DNA of 20,000 nt, taken from Chiloscyllium plagiosum. Its lineage: Eukaryota. The notes beneath the pieces were generated by a model. The model was not told the DNA's origin and made no database searches. It saw only the letters and a list, made by a program, of their open reading frames with translations. Both the position numbers and the translations under genes were made by a program. The DNA lies in contig NW_025215381.1 in assembly GCF_004010195.1 (NCBI RefSeq), forward strand, positions 235,360 through 255,359, in the 5' to 3' direction. Every line of letters begins with the position of its first letter. The first letter of the stretch is position 1. Positions 1 to 10,231 of this stretch are shown piece by piece.

Positions 1-114
1 TACAGCCAAAACTGCGCGAATCCTAATTTCCTGCACTTGTCCCATATCATGGGATGTTACTACATTTGAAGTTCTCATCCAAATAATTTTTAAAGGGTGC
101 AAGGCTCTATACCC
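1..114 (-). mobile_element. Short degenerate CR1-type LINE 3' fragment
   Basis: cacttgtcccatatc...aagttctcatccaaataatttttaaagggtgcaagg resembles the CR1 3' region at 17540-17610 (cacttggcccagagcc...aagtgctgacccagtacttttttaaaggttgtgagg). Confidence 0.45.
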
Positions 115-1198
115 TGGAACATTTAGTTGACAATCATCATGCCCTTCCTTCAACCAAGTCTCTGCAATTGCAATAACGTCATTTCCCAGGCACCAATCCA
201 AGACCTAAGTTCATCTGCCTTATACATTATACTCCTTGCATCTGCTCTCTGCCTACTTTTCCCTTTATTAATGCTATCTTCATAATTCTTACAGCCTCCT
301 GTCTCCACCTCGCTGCCTACTTGTTTTCTCTTCTGGTTCCCAGCCCCCTGCCACATTAGTTTAAAACCTTCCCAACAGCAGTAACAAAAACCCCTCCGAG
401 GACATTGGTTCTGGCCTGGTTCAGATGTAGACGGTCCACTTTGTAATAGTCCTACCTTCCCAAGAACCGGTCCCAATGTCCAACAAATCTGAACTGCTCC
501 CTCCTACACCAGCTCTCAAGCCACATGTTCATCCTGCCTATTTTTTCATTTCTACACCGGCTAGCATGTGGCACTGCTAGTAATCCCAGGATCACTACCT
601 TTGAGGTCCTCCTCTTTAACTTCTCTCCTAGCTCCCTGAATTCTTCTTTCAGGACCTCATCTCATTTTCTACTTATATCGTTGGTGCCTATATGCACTAA
701 GACAACTGGCGGTTCACCCTCCCCTTTTAGAATGCTTTGCAGCCGATCGGTGACATCCCTGACCCAAGCACCTGGGAGGCAACATACCATCCCGGAGTCC
801 CGTTTTCAACCACAGAACCGCCGATCTACTACCCTCACAATAGAATCCCTTATGACTGTGGCCCTACGAGTCTTTTTCCCGCCCTTCAGAACAGCAGTGC
901 CAGCCACCGTGCCACGATCCTGGCAACGGCTGCCCTCCCCGGTGAGCCATCTCCCCCAATAGTATCCAAAACGATATACCTGTTTTGGAGGGAGATGACC
1001 GCAAGGGACACCTGCACTGCCTTCCTACTCTTTTTCTGTCTTTTGGTCACTCATTCACTGTCACCCTCAGCAATTCTAACCCGCGGTGTGACCAGTTCGC
1101 TAAACATGCTATCCACGACCTCCTCAGCATTGAGACTGCTCCACAGTGAGTCCATCCGCAGCTCCAGAGCCATCATGCCGTCAAACAAGAACTGCAGG
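115..1198 (-). mobile_element. CR1 LINE fragment: ORF1 SGNH esterase domain plus start of ORF2 APE endonuclease, disabled
   Basis: Minus-strand translation gives VIRDSIVRVVDRRFCG*KRDSGMVCCLPGAWVRDVTDRL...VHIGTND (CR1 ORF1 esterase; GDS motif changed to RDS, with in-frame stops). This is followed by ARSIMYKADELRSWIGAW...ETWLKEG, the N-terminus of the APE endonuclease. Confidence 0.9.
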
Positions 1199-1337
1199 GG
1201 AACTGATGAACTGGAGATTTATTCTGAGGATATTTGGAGCTTACTTAAACTGCAAAAATGTCCAGAATTGATTCTTTGTGTGGGTCAGAAACATTAATCC
1301 CAAATGTCGCTCTCCTCCTCTGAGCTAGTCAGTCTCA

Positions 1338-2012
1338 ACAAATAGAAAATTACAGTGCAGTAGAGACCCTTTGGCCCTCGATGTTGCACCAACCTGTGGA
1401 ACCAATCTGAAACCCATCTAGCCTACACTATTCCATTGTCATCCATATGTCTTTCAATGACCATTTAAATGCCCTTAAAGTTGGCAAGTCTACTCCTGTT
1501 TACTCAAAGAACTTACCTCTGACATCTGTCCTATATCTATCACCTCTCAATTTAAAGCTATGTTCTCCTCGTGCTAGTTATTGCCATCCAAGGAAAAATG
1601 CTCTCACTCTCCAGCCGAACTAACCCTTTGATTATCTTATATATTTCAATTAAGTCGCCTCTCAACCTTCTTCTTTCCTTGTAAGACCCTCCCTCCATAC
1701 CAGGCAACCTTCAAGTAAATCTTCTTTGAACCCTTTCCAAAGCGTCCACATCCTACCTATAATGCAGTGACCAGAGCAGTTCGCAATACTCCAAGTGTGG
1801 CTGCACCAGACTTTTGTACAGCTGCAGCATGACCTCATGGTTCCGAAACACAATCCCTGTACCAATAAAAGCTAACACACCGTATGCCTTCTTAACAACC
1901 CTATCAACCTGGGTGGCAGCTTTCAAGAATCTATGCTGGACACCGAGATCTCTCTGCTCATCTACACTTAACATTTGTCCAGTACTCTGCATTCCTGTTA
2001 CTCCTTCCAAAG
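1338..2012 (-). mobile_element. CR1 LINE 3' portion (ORF2 C-terminus and 3' UTR), internally deleted
   Basis: ORF 1753-2010: EQRDLGVQ...VKKAYGVLAFI...MLQLYKSLVQPHLEYCELLWSLHYR is the typical CR1 post-RT region. The 3' UTR with gagggccaaagggtct ends near 1340. Confidence 0.9.
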
Positions 2013-3075
2013 TAATAGGGAAGGATTTAGTTGCTGTGATGGGTTACAAAAGAGGGGGAGAATATATGGGTTGGAGAATGATACAAAGATAGGAAGAAAT
2101 GCAGGGATTTGAGGATATTACAGCGATAGGGAAGTGTGTAACAGCTGGAAGAAGCTCCAAAGATATGGAGCGGCGCAGGGGGGGGATGAGTTTGCAGAGG
2201 ATTGGAGGGCCTGGAAGGGGCGTCAGGCTGGAGGATGTTACAGAGACAGGAAGTGATGTAGATGGCGGAGTTGGTCCCATATGTAGGACCGACATAGGTG
2301 CTGGAGGCTGATGCACAGATAGTGAGGGATGTCAGGGCAGAACACTTTACACAGATAGGGAGAGATGTCATTGCTGGATGAGATTTTGAGTTTGGGTGAT
2401 CAAGGAGGTTACAGAGATAAGGTGGGTTTATATCTTTGAAGGGGATAACAAAAGTAGAGTGGTGAGTTGGGGCTGAACTAAATTACAGACATATGGAGTG
2501 ATGCAATTTTTACAGAGTTAGAGAGGTCTGTAGTTGCTGGAGCAGGTTACAGAGATAAGGAGGAGTGTATGTGCTGCAGGGATTTACAGACATAGTGCAT
2601 TTTATAGGTGATGAGGAATTTTACAGACAAATGGAGGGGTGTTGGGAGGTTTCAGAAATAGATATGTATGTTGAACTGGAAGTTGTTACAGATATATGGA
2701 GGGGTGTAGATGCTGGAGGAGATTACATGGATAGAGAGGCATGTAGATCCCAGAGATTGATACAGAGATTGAGACACTTGCAGGGACTGGGGGAGATCAC
2801 AGTGACAGGGAGGGATGTAGCAGCTGGAGAACATTACAGAGACAGGGAGGGGTGCAATGGCTGAAAAAGTTTACAGAGATAGGGAGGGATGTAGAGGGTG
2901 CAGAAGGGTCCAACAGCAGGGAGGTGTGTAGGGGCTGGAGAGGGTTACAGAGACAGAGTGGGGTGCAGTGGCTGGAGGAAATTAAATAAGAAGGGATGTA
3001 GCTGCTGTCAGAGGTTATAGAGGTGGATGGGTCAGAGAGGGTGGGGGCCTCTAGGAGCTGGAGATAATTACAGAT
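2013..3075. repeat. Degenerate purine-rich minisatellite, unit about 37 bp (about 28 copies)
   Basis: The core ttacagagataggg recurs with 37-bp spacing (2546/2583/2620, 2685/2722, 2833/2870/2944). Approximate consensus: ggttacagagatagggaggggtgtaggggctggagga. Confidence 0.88.
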
Positions 3076-3079
3076 TCAC

Positions 3080-3350
3080 CCAGAAACTCAACTAATGCTC
3101 GCATTCTAATCCCACCACAGCAGATTACAGAATCTGAATTCATTAATAAATGCTTGGTATTAAAAATCCATGAAAGCATTGTCGATTGTTGGAAAAATCC
3201 ACTTGGCTAACTGATAGCCTTCAGGGAAGGAAATCTACCATTCTCACCTGGTCTGACCCACATATGGATCAGACCCACAGCAATGTGGTTGACTTGCCCT
3301 CTGAAATCTCAAGCCACTCTGTTGTATTAATAGCTGCAAAATCTCAACAA
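3080..3350 (+). mobile_element. Partial SINE, same family as 8595-8945
   Basis: aatcccaccacagcagat...gaattca...cttcagggaaggaaatctacc...cctggtctg...cagacccacagcaatgtggttgact aligns colinearly with the copy at 8670-8870. Confidence 0.75.
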
Positions 3351-3360
3351 AGAAATGTTA

Positions 3361-3469
3361 GCCCACATGGCAGACTGGTTAACAAGGTTAGATCACAGGG
3401 AGAATTAGCCACTTGGATACAAAACTGGCTCAAAGCTAAGAGACCGAGATTGGTGGTGGAGGGTTGCTT
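3361..3469 (+). mobile_element. CR1 LINE RT fragment, left part of a copy split by an insertion
   Basis: PHGRLVNKVRSQGELATWIQNWLKAKRPRLVVEGCF; the RT sequence resumes at about 4033 with SDWRP...GVP*GSVLGPLLF. Confidence 0.88.
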
Positions 3470-4018
3470 TTGCCCAGGAAGAGGGTTTTTTAAAAATTTC
3501 CCTTTGTTCTGAATTTGGACACCTTGGCGGATCAAGGGACTTTTATTTTAGTTCCATATTGTCCCTGTCCCAGATGCATTTGATGGGGATCAGTATGAGG
3601 GGCATTTTATCTTTAGTTGAAATGAGCAGGGCAACTTCCCCTGGATTCTAAACCATTGTTGTCCTTGTCCGGCAGTGTTGTTCAGCCAGAGCTGATGGGA
3701 TTCATTTATTTGTTTTATTTGATTTTTGCTGCGTTTATTTTTACTTTGCCTCCCTGTGGTCCCAGCCCAAAAGAGGTTGATGGGGCTGAAATCAAGGGAA
3801 GCCATTTTTATTTCTTTATTTGTTTATGTTTTTCCCACCAAGTAATAGGGTCCTTATTTTTGTTCAACAAAGTCACGGCAGCTTTATGTCTGTTTTGAAA
3901 GAGCAGAATGGACTTTGCTGTATATTTCATTTGGTTCTGTCCCTGTCCTGGGAGTGTTTAATCGGAACAGATGCACGACGTCTTGGTTTTCTCGGTTTAT
4001 TAACTTTTGTTTAAAAGA
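3470..4018 (+). mobile_element. Non-coding retroposed insert (probable LINE 3' UTR, L1/Tx1-like) flanked by a 14-bp target-site duplication
   Basis: Flanks are gtggagggttgctt (3456-3469) and gtggaggattgctt (4019-4032). The body is T-rich and ends in tttaaaaga. It carries four degenerate copies of a tgtccctgtcc...tgatgggg motif. Confidence 0.65.
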
Positions 4019-4820
4019 GTGGAGGATTGCTTCTCAGACTGGAGGCCTGAGACCAATGGTGTGCCATAAGGATCGGTGTTGGGTCCACTCCTTTTTGACA
4101 TTTGTATAAATGATTTGGATATGAATATACAAGGGATGGTTGGTACGTTTGCAGATCAGACCAATATTACTGGTGCAGTGGACAGTGAAGAAAGTTACCT
4201 CAGAGTATAACGGTACCATGATTGATGGGAAGAGGAGTGGCAGGTGGAGTTTAATTTAGAAAAAATGTGAAGTGTTGCATTTTAGTTGGCAAATCAGTGC
4301 AGGATGCGTACCCTCAATGGTAAGATCCTGAGGAAGGTTGCCAAGCAAAAAGACCTTGGGGTACAGAATCATAGTTCCTTGAAAGTAGAGTTGCAGGTAG
4401 ACAGCGCGGTGAAGAAGGTGTTTGTTATGCTTTCCTTTATTGGTCAGCGCATCGAATATAGGAGTTGGGATGGCGTGTTGTGGTTGTACAGAATGTTGGT
4501 TCTGATTAAGCAAAGTCTTTTTCCCCAGGATAGGCAAGTTCAAACACACAGGGCACAGGTTTCAGGTGGGTGGAAGAAAAATTTACAAGGGGACCTAACG
4601 GGCAGCATTTTCACACAGAGGGAGGTTTGTGTATGGAATAAGCTGTCAGAGGAGGTTGAGGCAGTGGGTGAAATTACAACATTTATAAAGCTTCTGGATG
4701 GGCATATGAATAGGAAGGGTTTAGAGGCCAAATGTTGGCAAAGGGACTCAGATTAATTTAGGATATGGACGAGTTAGACTGAAGGCTCTGTTTCCTTGCT
4801 ATAGAACTCTATGACTCTCT
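4019..4820 (+). mobile_element. CR1 LINE RT C-terminus to 3' tail, right part, disabled
   Basis: INDLD...FADQT, KCEVLHF, QKDLGVQNHSSLK...VKKVFVMLSFI. There is an internal deletion near 4500, then FTQREVCVWNKL, ending in a ctctatgactct CR1-type tail. Confidence 0.9.
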
Positions 4821-4879
4821 GATCCTTTAATCATTCTTCAAAACACCTTTATCATGATAAATTAAATGGAGTCAATTTG

Positions 4880-4965
4880 AGCTACTGAAGGTGATATTAG
4901 GTCAGGTGACAATAACTTATTCAAAGTGGTAGATTTTAAGAAGCATCTTAAATAGGAGAATGAGC
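4880..4965 (-). mobile_element. Probable L2 LINE 3' fragment
   Basis: gatattaggtcaggtgac...aaagtggtagattttaagaagcatcttaaa resembles the recalled shark L2 3' region (antisense). Not verified by search. Confidence 0.4.
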
Positions 4966-5454
4966 TGGCTGATCAGAAGGACCTTGAGAGGATGTCCTGA
5001 CAGCTCAGTGATACAGGATCATTCCCAATTGTCAGACTTACTGTTGTCTCCTCCCTACTATTTCATTTGATGTAATTCTATGAAATCTGTAATTTTTTTT
5101 ACCATCACACCAGCTCGCCAACATTTACACCACAGCAGAACATCAAACACTTTCATGGAGATTTTGCAAAAGAAGATTTCCACCAGTCCAAGAAAGCAAA
5201 GAAATCAATGAACGACTTTGGTACGTTTTGACAGATGAGTGGGAACTTAAACTTGAGAATTTGAAGGACAACATGTCTGAGTAGGTCACTGCGGTCAGTG
5301 GATGATCAGGAAACGGGGTTGTTAGGAAATTAAACCAGGAGGCCGACAGAAATTAAAACAAAGTAAATGTATGGAGTTTATAATCTGGTGTCAGATCATA
5401 TGGAATACAAGGGTCGAGAAGTAACAACAGAATGAACGATTGTTTCTTGGAGAT

Positions 5455-5612
5455 CGTGAGGACTGCAGGTACTCGAGAGTCAGCATCTCAGGAATAGACA
5501 GTCGATGTTTTGGGCAGGAGTCATCATCAGGACTGATGAAGAGTCCTGCCAAAAAGTTGACTTTACTGATCCTTGGATGCTGCCTGACCTGCTGTGCTTT
5601 TCCAGCACCACA
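5455..5612. mobile_element. Palindromic non-autonomous Penelope-derived element with two decayed hammerhead motifs
   Basis: gtcagcatc...gtcgatgttttgggcaggagtcatcatcagg and actgatgaagagtcctgccaaaaagttgac...gatgctgcctgacctgctgtgcttttccagcaccaca form imperfect inverted arms. Both are homologous to the pLTR end at 19729-19812. Confidence 0.75.
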
Positions 5613-5696
5613 ATTTATCGACAATGATTGTTTCCCCAATTGTGAGCTGAGGAAGGAATGGGTTTAGGAGCTGTTATACAGGTAGAAACAATAATT

Positions 5697-5838
5697 ACAG
5701 AGTCAGAGAGATGTACAGCGTGGAATTATACCATTCATCGCTTCTTCTGGCACCTCATTCCATACACGCACCACCATCTGCAGGAAAAAGTTGTCCCTTA
5801 AGTATCTTTTAAATCTTTCCCCTCTCACTGTAAATATC
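5697..5838 (-). mobile_element. Short CR1 3' fragment
   Basis: VRGERFKRYLRDNFFLQMVVRVWNEVPEE (CR1 ORF2 C-terminus) plus a gctgtacatctctctgactctg tail. Confidence 0.8.
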
Positions 5839-6687
5839 TTGGTGTTGGTATGAATATCTTTTTGAATTGATCTCAGGCTCCATTCTAAAGCCAGAAGCAA
5901 ACAGGGTTCATCCAGCGTCAGTTCCCGCTGAGCTCCATGGAGTCAGCGAGAACCATGAAACCTTTTCATGGAATGCTGGTTCATCTGCCACATCCGACCC
6001 TATTCCCAGGCTTTGGACCCCGTCTGTCACCAAGCCCTCTCGTTGGGTCTTGGATTCCTCATCAACACAGCAGCTGATTGGTGGAAAGAAATGAATAAAG
6101 AACAGGAGTGATATCAGCATCAGGCCTCGGGGGAACTGAGTGGGTAGAATACAGAATTGCTGAAAATACATTTGTAATCAAAAGACATATTTTTCAGTCT
6201 ATTTTTAATCTTTATGAGAAGAAACTTCTCACGTTTTTATATTTTGTGTGGATCAGAGAATTCAGTGGGGAAGCGTGGTCAGGACCCTGACATTACTGTT
6301 CCCACTCTGGCCTGCAGTGAACAATGATACTTCCACCAGGTCATTGCTTGTGCATTGGTTTCACTCACTGAGAACTGATTGCTTGGGATAATGGAACTGG
6401 GTACAAATTTGCTTGGGATAAATATATCTTTTGTCCATGACTAATTCATCTTTTGTCTTTGCTTTTATTGTTCATCTTTCTACTAACTGTTGCTCATTAC
6501 TGACAGTGCTTTGCACTGACTTTGCTCCTGCAGTTTCTTTCATTTTCTCCTCAGATGGAGTCATTACTTGTCCATTTGAAAAGGAGTGTTATCACGTTGC
6601 TGCTCCTCCTTCTCCTCTCGGCCTATTCCTCATTCCATTACCTGCTGCATCTAATTTTAGCTCTCAGTTACTTGATTCATTCATCAA

Positions 6688-7493
6688 TTAAATTATTTTT
6701 ATAATGAGATATTTCACAGCATACTTTAACTGGTCTCTGAAAATGTTCGGCATCACCACAATAATAAGTGCATTTGTGCAGTGTGCATGCGAATAGATAA
6801 TAAGCAGTAGAATGCAAGGGATGACCAGTACTGAAGAAATGTAAAATATACCCCAACCAGAGAAACGTGAAACTGGCAGCTATGGCAAAGAATAAAACCA
6901 TAGATTTCTTTTTGATCTCTATCTCTGATTAATTCTCCATGTTTCTCTGACATCTCAGTCCCTTACGCACCTTAACAGCCTCAAAGATATACCTCACAGT
7001 CAGAATGTTGATAAAGAGAATAAAAAAATGGACAATAAAAATGGTGTTAAAGTTTTTTTGAAATGTAGAAAACCTGGCCACCGTCAGTAATATCTATAAC
7101 TTACTGGTAACACAATCATTGGAGCATTATTGATGATATTCCAAGCTTGAAACCGAAAGTAGGTGGGAATGTTTTTGAAAGAAAAGTAAGTGCAGTGTTT
7201 TCTCTGTACAATACTGAGATTTCATCTGATGAAAACAAATGTGACAAATCGATCAAAAGAAAAAGCGACAGTGAACCAGACAAAGGAATCAATGTTCAGG
7301 CAGGAAAAGGCATTGATGATATTACAAACAGGAGTGATGTCCAGGAAACACAGTGGATAACAATAATACATAAATCGATCCAAGTACGACTTCAAACACA
7401 CTGAACAGTAGATCTGACATTGCCATGGCCACCAGATAGCGAGTGCTGTATGCAGACCTAACCAAGCTAAGATGACTATCACCACTGGGCTAA
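6688..7493 (-). pseudogene. GPR139-like orphan class A GPCR, large second coding exon, disabled
   Basis: Splice acceptor ttccctttctctcgcttacag| at 7494. Reading across frames: VIVIL, TRYLVAMAMSDLL (TM2), FLDITPVC, VWFTVAFSFDRFV (TM3, DRF), YCTEKT, KNIPTYF, LTPFLL...NILTVRYI (TM5), KKSMVLFFAIAASFTFLW (TM6), CTNALI...FRDQLK (TM7/helix 8), stop at 6688-6690. Several frameshifts, small deletions and an in-frame TAA at 6929-6931. Confidence 0.88.
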
Positions 7494-8434
7494 CTGTAAG
7501 CGAGAGAAAGGGAAGAAGAGACTTCAAGTTACTGACCAAACATTCTCTGTGCCTGAGCCCAGACTGTACGTAATGACACAAAGGTAATTGTTGCTCCGTG
7601 TCATATGAAGTTTAAGGGATCTGAACCACAGCAGCAACCTCTCTCTAAACAAATCATTTGCACTTTTAAAAGACAGAGGGAAGAACATGAGCAGCAGATT
7701 GCTCACAGAAACATGGTCATGTACTCAATTTTTTTTGGAGGGTTGGCAGTGGTGGATTTCACCTGCTTTCTAGGTTACTCTGACTGGCTGGAGTTTCTCC
7801 TAAGACCACGCATTCACACAATGACATCTGGGATCAGTAAAACAAAGACTGGGAGACACCTAACACAGACATTGATCGCAAACTTCCTGCATTCGGTTTT
7901 GGAGTCTCCACAGCTCAGATTGCCTCCAGAACTGTATACCCGCACTGTATGAACAACAGTACAGGGCATTGAATTACTCCAAAATGATGAATACCCTCCA
8001 ATGGATATGGATAAAGAAATGATCATCCATTGAGTCCCTTACTTCTGCACAGCAATGAACATCCTGACAATCTGAACTATGAAAGTATTCAGCAGTGAAT
8101 CCAACCATTCTGCCCCAGGGTGGTTGGATTCAGAGGAGCAATCAGAAAAGCTTCAAGATTTGGTATGACTCCCCAGTCATGTTCATGACCCCGACCCAAA
8201 TAAAACCTGCATCTACGCAGCATTTATCATTCTCGTTTATTCATCAGACACATCATCTGGAATGAAGCAAAGCTTTCTGTCTGATGACCAGGCTCACGCA
8301 CCTAGCTCCTCTCTTTCTGAACACAGAGCACCCCCCTCCCAGATTTGGAACACACACCAGAGCTAGAAATCCCCATAGTTGACCGAGCACTCCCCATAGA
8401 TATCACCAGAATTGTACCACAGCTTGTTCTGATC

Positions 8435-8518
8435 GTGATGTGGAGGTGCTGGAGTTGGACTGTACTTCCAAATAAAACTGTTGGACTATAAGTGGTGTTG
8501 TGTGCTTTTTAACTTTGT
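8435..8518. mobile_element. Remnant of a small Penelope-associated shark repeat
   Basis: gatgtggaggtgctggagttggactg...ttccaaataaaactgttggactataa...ggtgttgtgtg.tttttaactttgt matches a common shark repeat end recalled from memory. Not verified. Confidence 0.45.
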
Positions 8519-8594
8519 TCGAGGAGACCCAAGCATTTTCCTATTGATAGAATCAGAGACTGACTGCATGGATGCAGGCCAATGCTGAAAATTA

Positions 8595-8945
8595 GGGGAG
8601 ATAGCCTCATGGCCTTATCACCATACCATTAATTGGGATTTAGGTAATGTAATGTGGAGCTGGGTTCGATGTCCATCATGGCAGATAGTGGAATTTCAAT
8701 TCAAGAAAAATCTGGATTTCTAATGTCTGATGATGACGATGCAATGGCTGTCAGTTATTGGGGTTAAAAAAATCTCATTCACTAATAACCTTTAAGGAAG
8801 ATAATCTGTTATCCTTAACTGGCCTGGCTGAGATATTACTCAGATCCACAACAACCTGTTTAACTCTTACCTGCCCCTGGGCAATTAGGGAAGGGTGGTA
8901 AATGCTGGCCGAGCCAATGGCACCCACATCCCTTCAATAAATGAA
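8595..8945 (+). mobile_element. Near full-length tRNA-type SINE with an RTE-X-like 3' tail
   Basis: B-box-like gggttcgatgtcc at about 8662. The body is shared with 3080-3350. The tail reads gggcaattagggaaggg...aaatgctggcc...cccacatccc...aataaatgaa. Confidence 0.75.
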
Positions 8946-9414
8946 GGTTTCCATGCACAGCAACTCCCTGGCCCAGGTGACTGCTCCATTTTTAGACCAT
9001 TCCCTGGGATTGGATATCTCCACACTCAGTTAACACTATCACTGAAATGAATCACCCAGAATTGATCTACTTTCGAAGATAAGAGATCCTCCCCATGATT
9101 CAGTGCAGTTACCTGGAGTAGGGAACAACAATGCAAAGACCCCAGTATAAAGCACAGATAGCAGAGGCAAAAGGATCTGCCTCCCGGCATTGAGACCAGC
9201 AAGAGTTGGGAAATGCTTTGGACTCAGTAAAGTAAGCAATGTCACGGATTATCCGCTGGGATTGCTGATGCCCTGAATTTGGCAGAACCTCAGCACCAAG
9301 TATCCAGCCTTTCCCCTTGACACGTCTCCTGCTCTCTGCCATACAGTACATTCCCATGGACACTAATCACCCCTTGGGTTCCAAAGTATCCTCAAGCATA
9401 TTTAGGAATGGTGA

Positions 9415-10230
9415 TTATTTTCAAATGTATTAATGCACTTTCATCGCCCAGCTGTGTTCGCCTTTGTGATGGTGTTGAAGATCTGGCTTTTTGAACATTT
9501 GCATTACCTGGCGTGCAGGAAAGCCCACAGTGTTTTTGGAGGAGAGTTGTCGAATTGTTACCCATCAACAGTGATGGATTGACACTATGATTCAAAGTCA
9601 GATTGACAGCTGGCTTCAGAGACAGCTTGCATGTGATACTGTTTCTGTGCATCTGCTGTTCTTGTTGGGGATCGTGGGTTTGCGAGGTGCTGTTAAAAAG
9701 ACACTGAGATTATTATTGGTTTGTGTCTTGTAGGTGATATTCATTGCTGGTCATGCTGTCATTGGTTTAAGAAGTGAATCCTGAATATGGTTTTTGGCAT
9801 ATCAATCAATTGACTGTCCTGCATAACGTGGAGCCTAGTGAATGCTACTCTCAGTGTTGTATCTGAGCTGCACTCAGCCAGATTCATGGAGAGTATTCCA
9901 TTCCCCCTGAACTATGCTTTCTGAATAGTGTACATGGAGAAGCAGGCAGGGAGCTTATTGTCACAGTATTCAGAGTGTCTGACACAGTCCTGTGGCCACA
10001 GCACTTGTATGGCTGGACCAGGTCATTTTCTTGTCAATGGCTGACCCACGTTGTTGTCAGTGAGGTAATACAGTTAGCCAATGGGAGGTTGGTGGATTCC
10101 CATTGTTTGGAGATGGTCATTGCCTGGTGTTTGTGGGCTGCGAATTTTACTTTCAATTATCGTGTTATCTCACTGTATATAGATGTAAAATTCTTCATTA
10201 TCTAATAGTTGTGAATGGTCCTGAGAAAGT
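9415..10230 (-). mobile_element. Old RTE-X-like LINE, 3' part (post-RT region to 3' end), heavily decayed
   Basis: Minus-strand remnants TIHN...DNEE...IQ, HKHQAMTISK, IDKKMTWSSHTSAVAT and MEYSP*IWLSAA match the recalled shark RTE-X ORF2 C-terminal order. Many stops and indels. Confidence 0.72.
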
Positions 10231-10231
10231 A

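Noticed and set aside
525..1297. Plus-strand ORFs of 145 and 186 aa
   Set aside because: Antisense shadows of CR1 ORF1.
2027..2864. Several ORFs of 60-114 aa, and the array as a CRISPR-like locus
   Set aside because: Products of the minisatellite. There are no unique spacers or cas genes, and the context is eukaryotic.
4805..4820. ctatgactctct matches the sequence just upstream of the 28S R2 insertion site
   Set aside because: It is the ordinary CR1 3' tail repeat (also at 15731-15745 on the minus strand), more than 5 kb from the R2 fragment.
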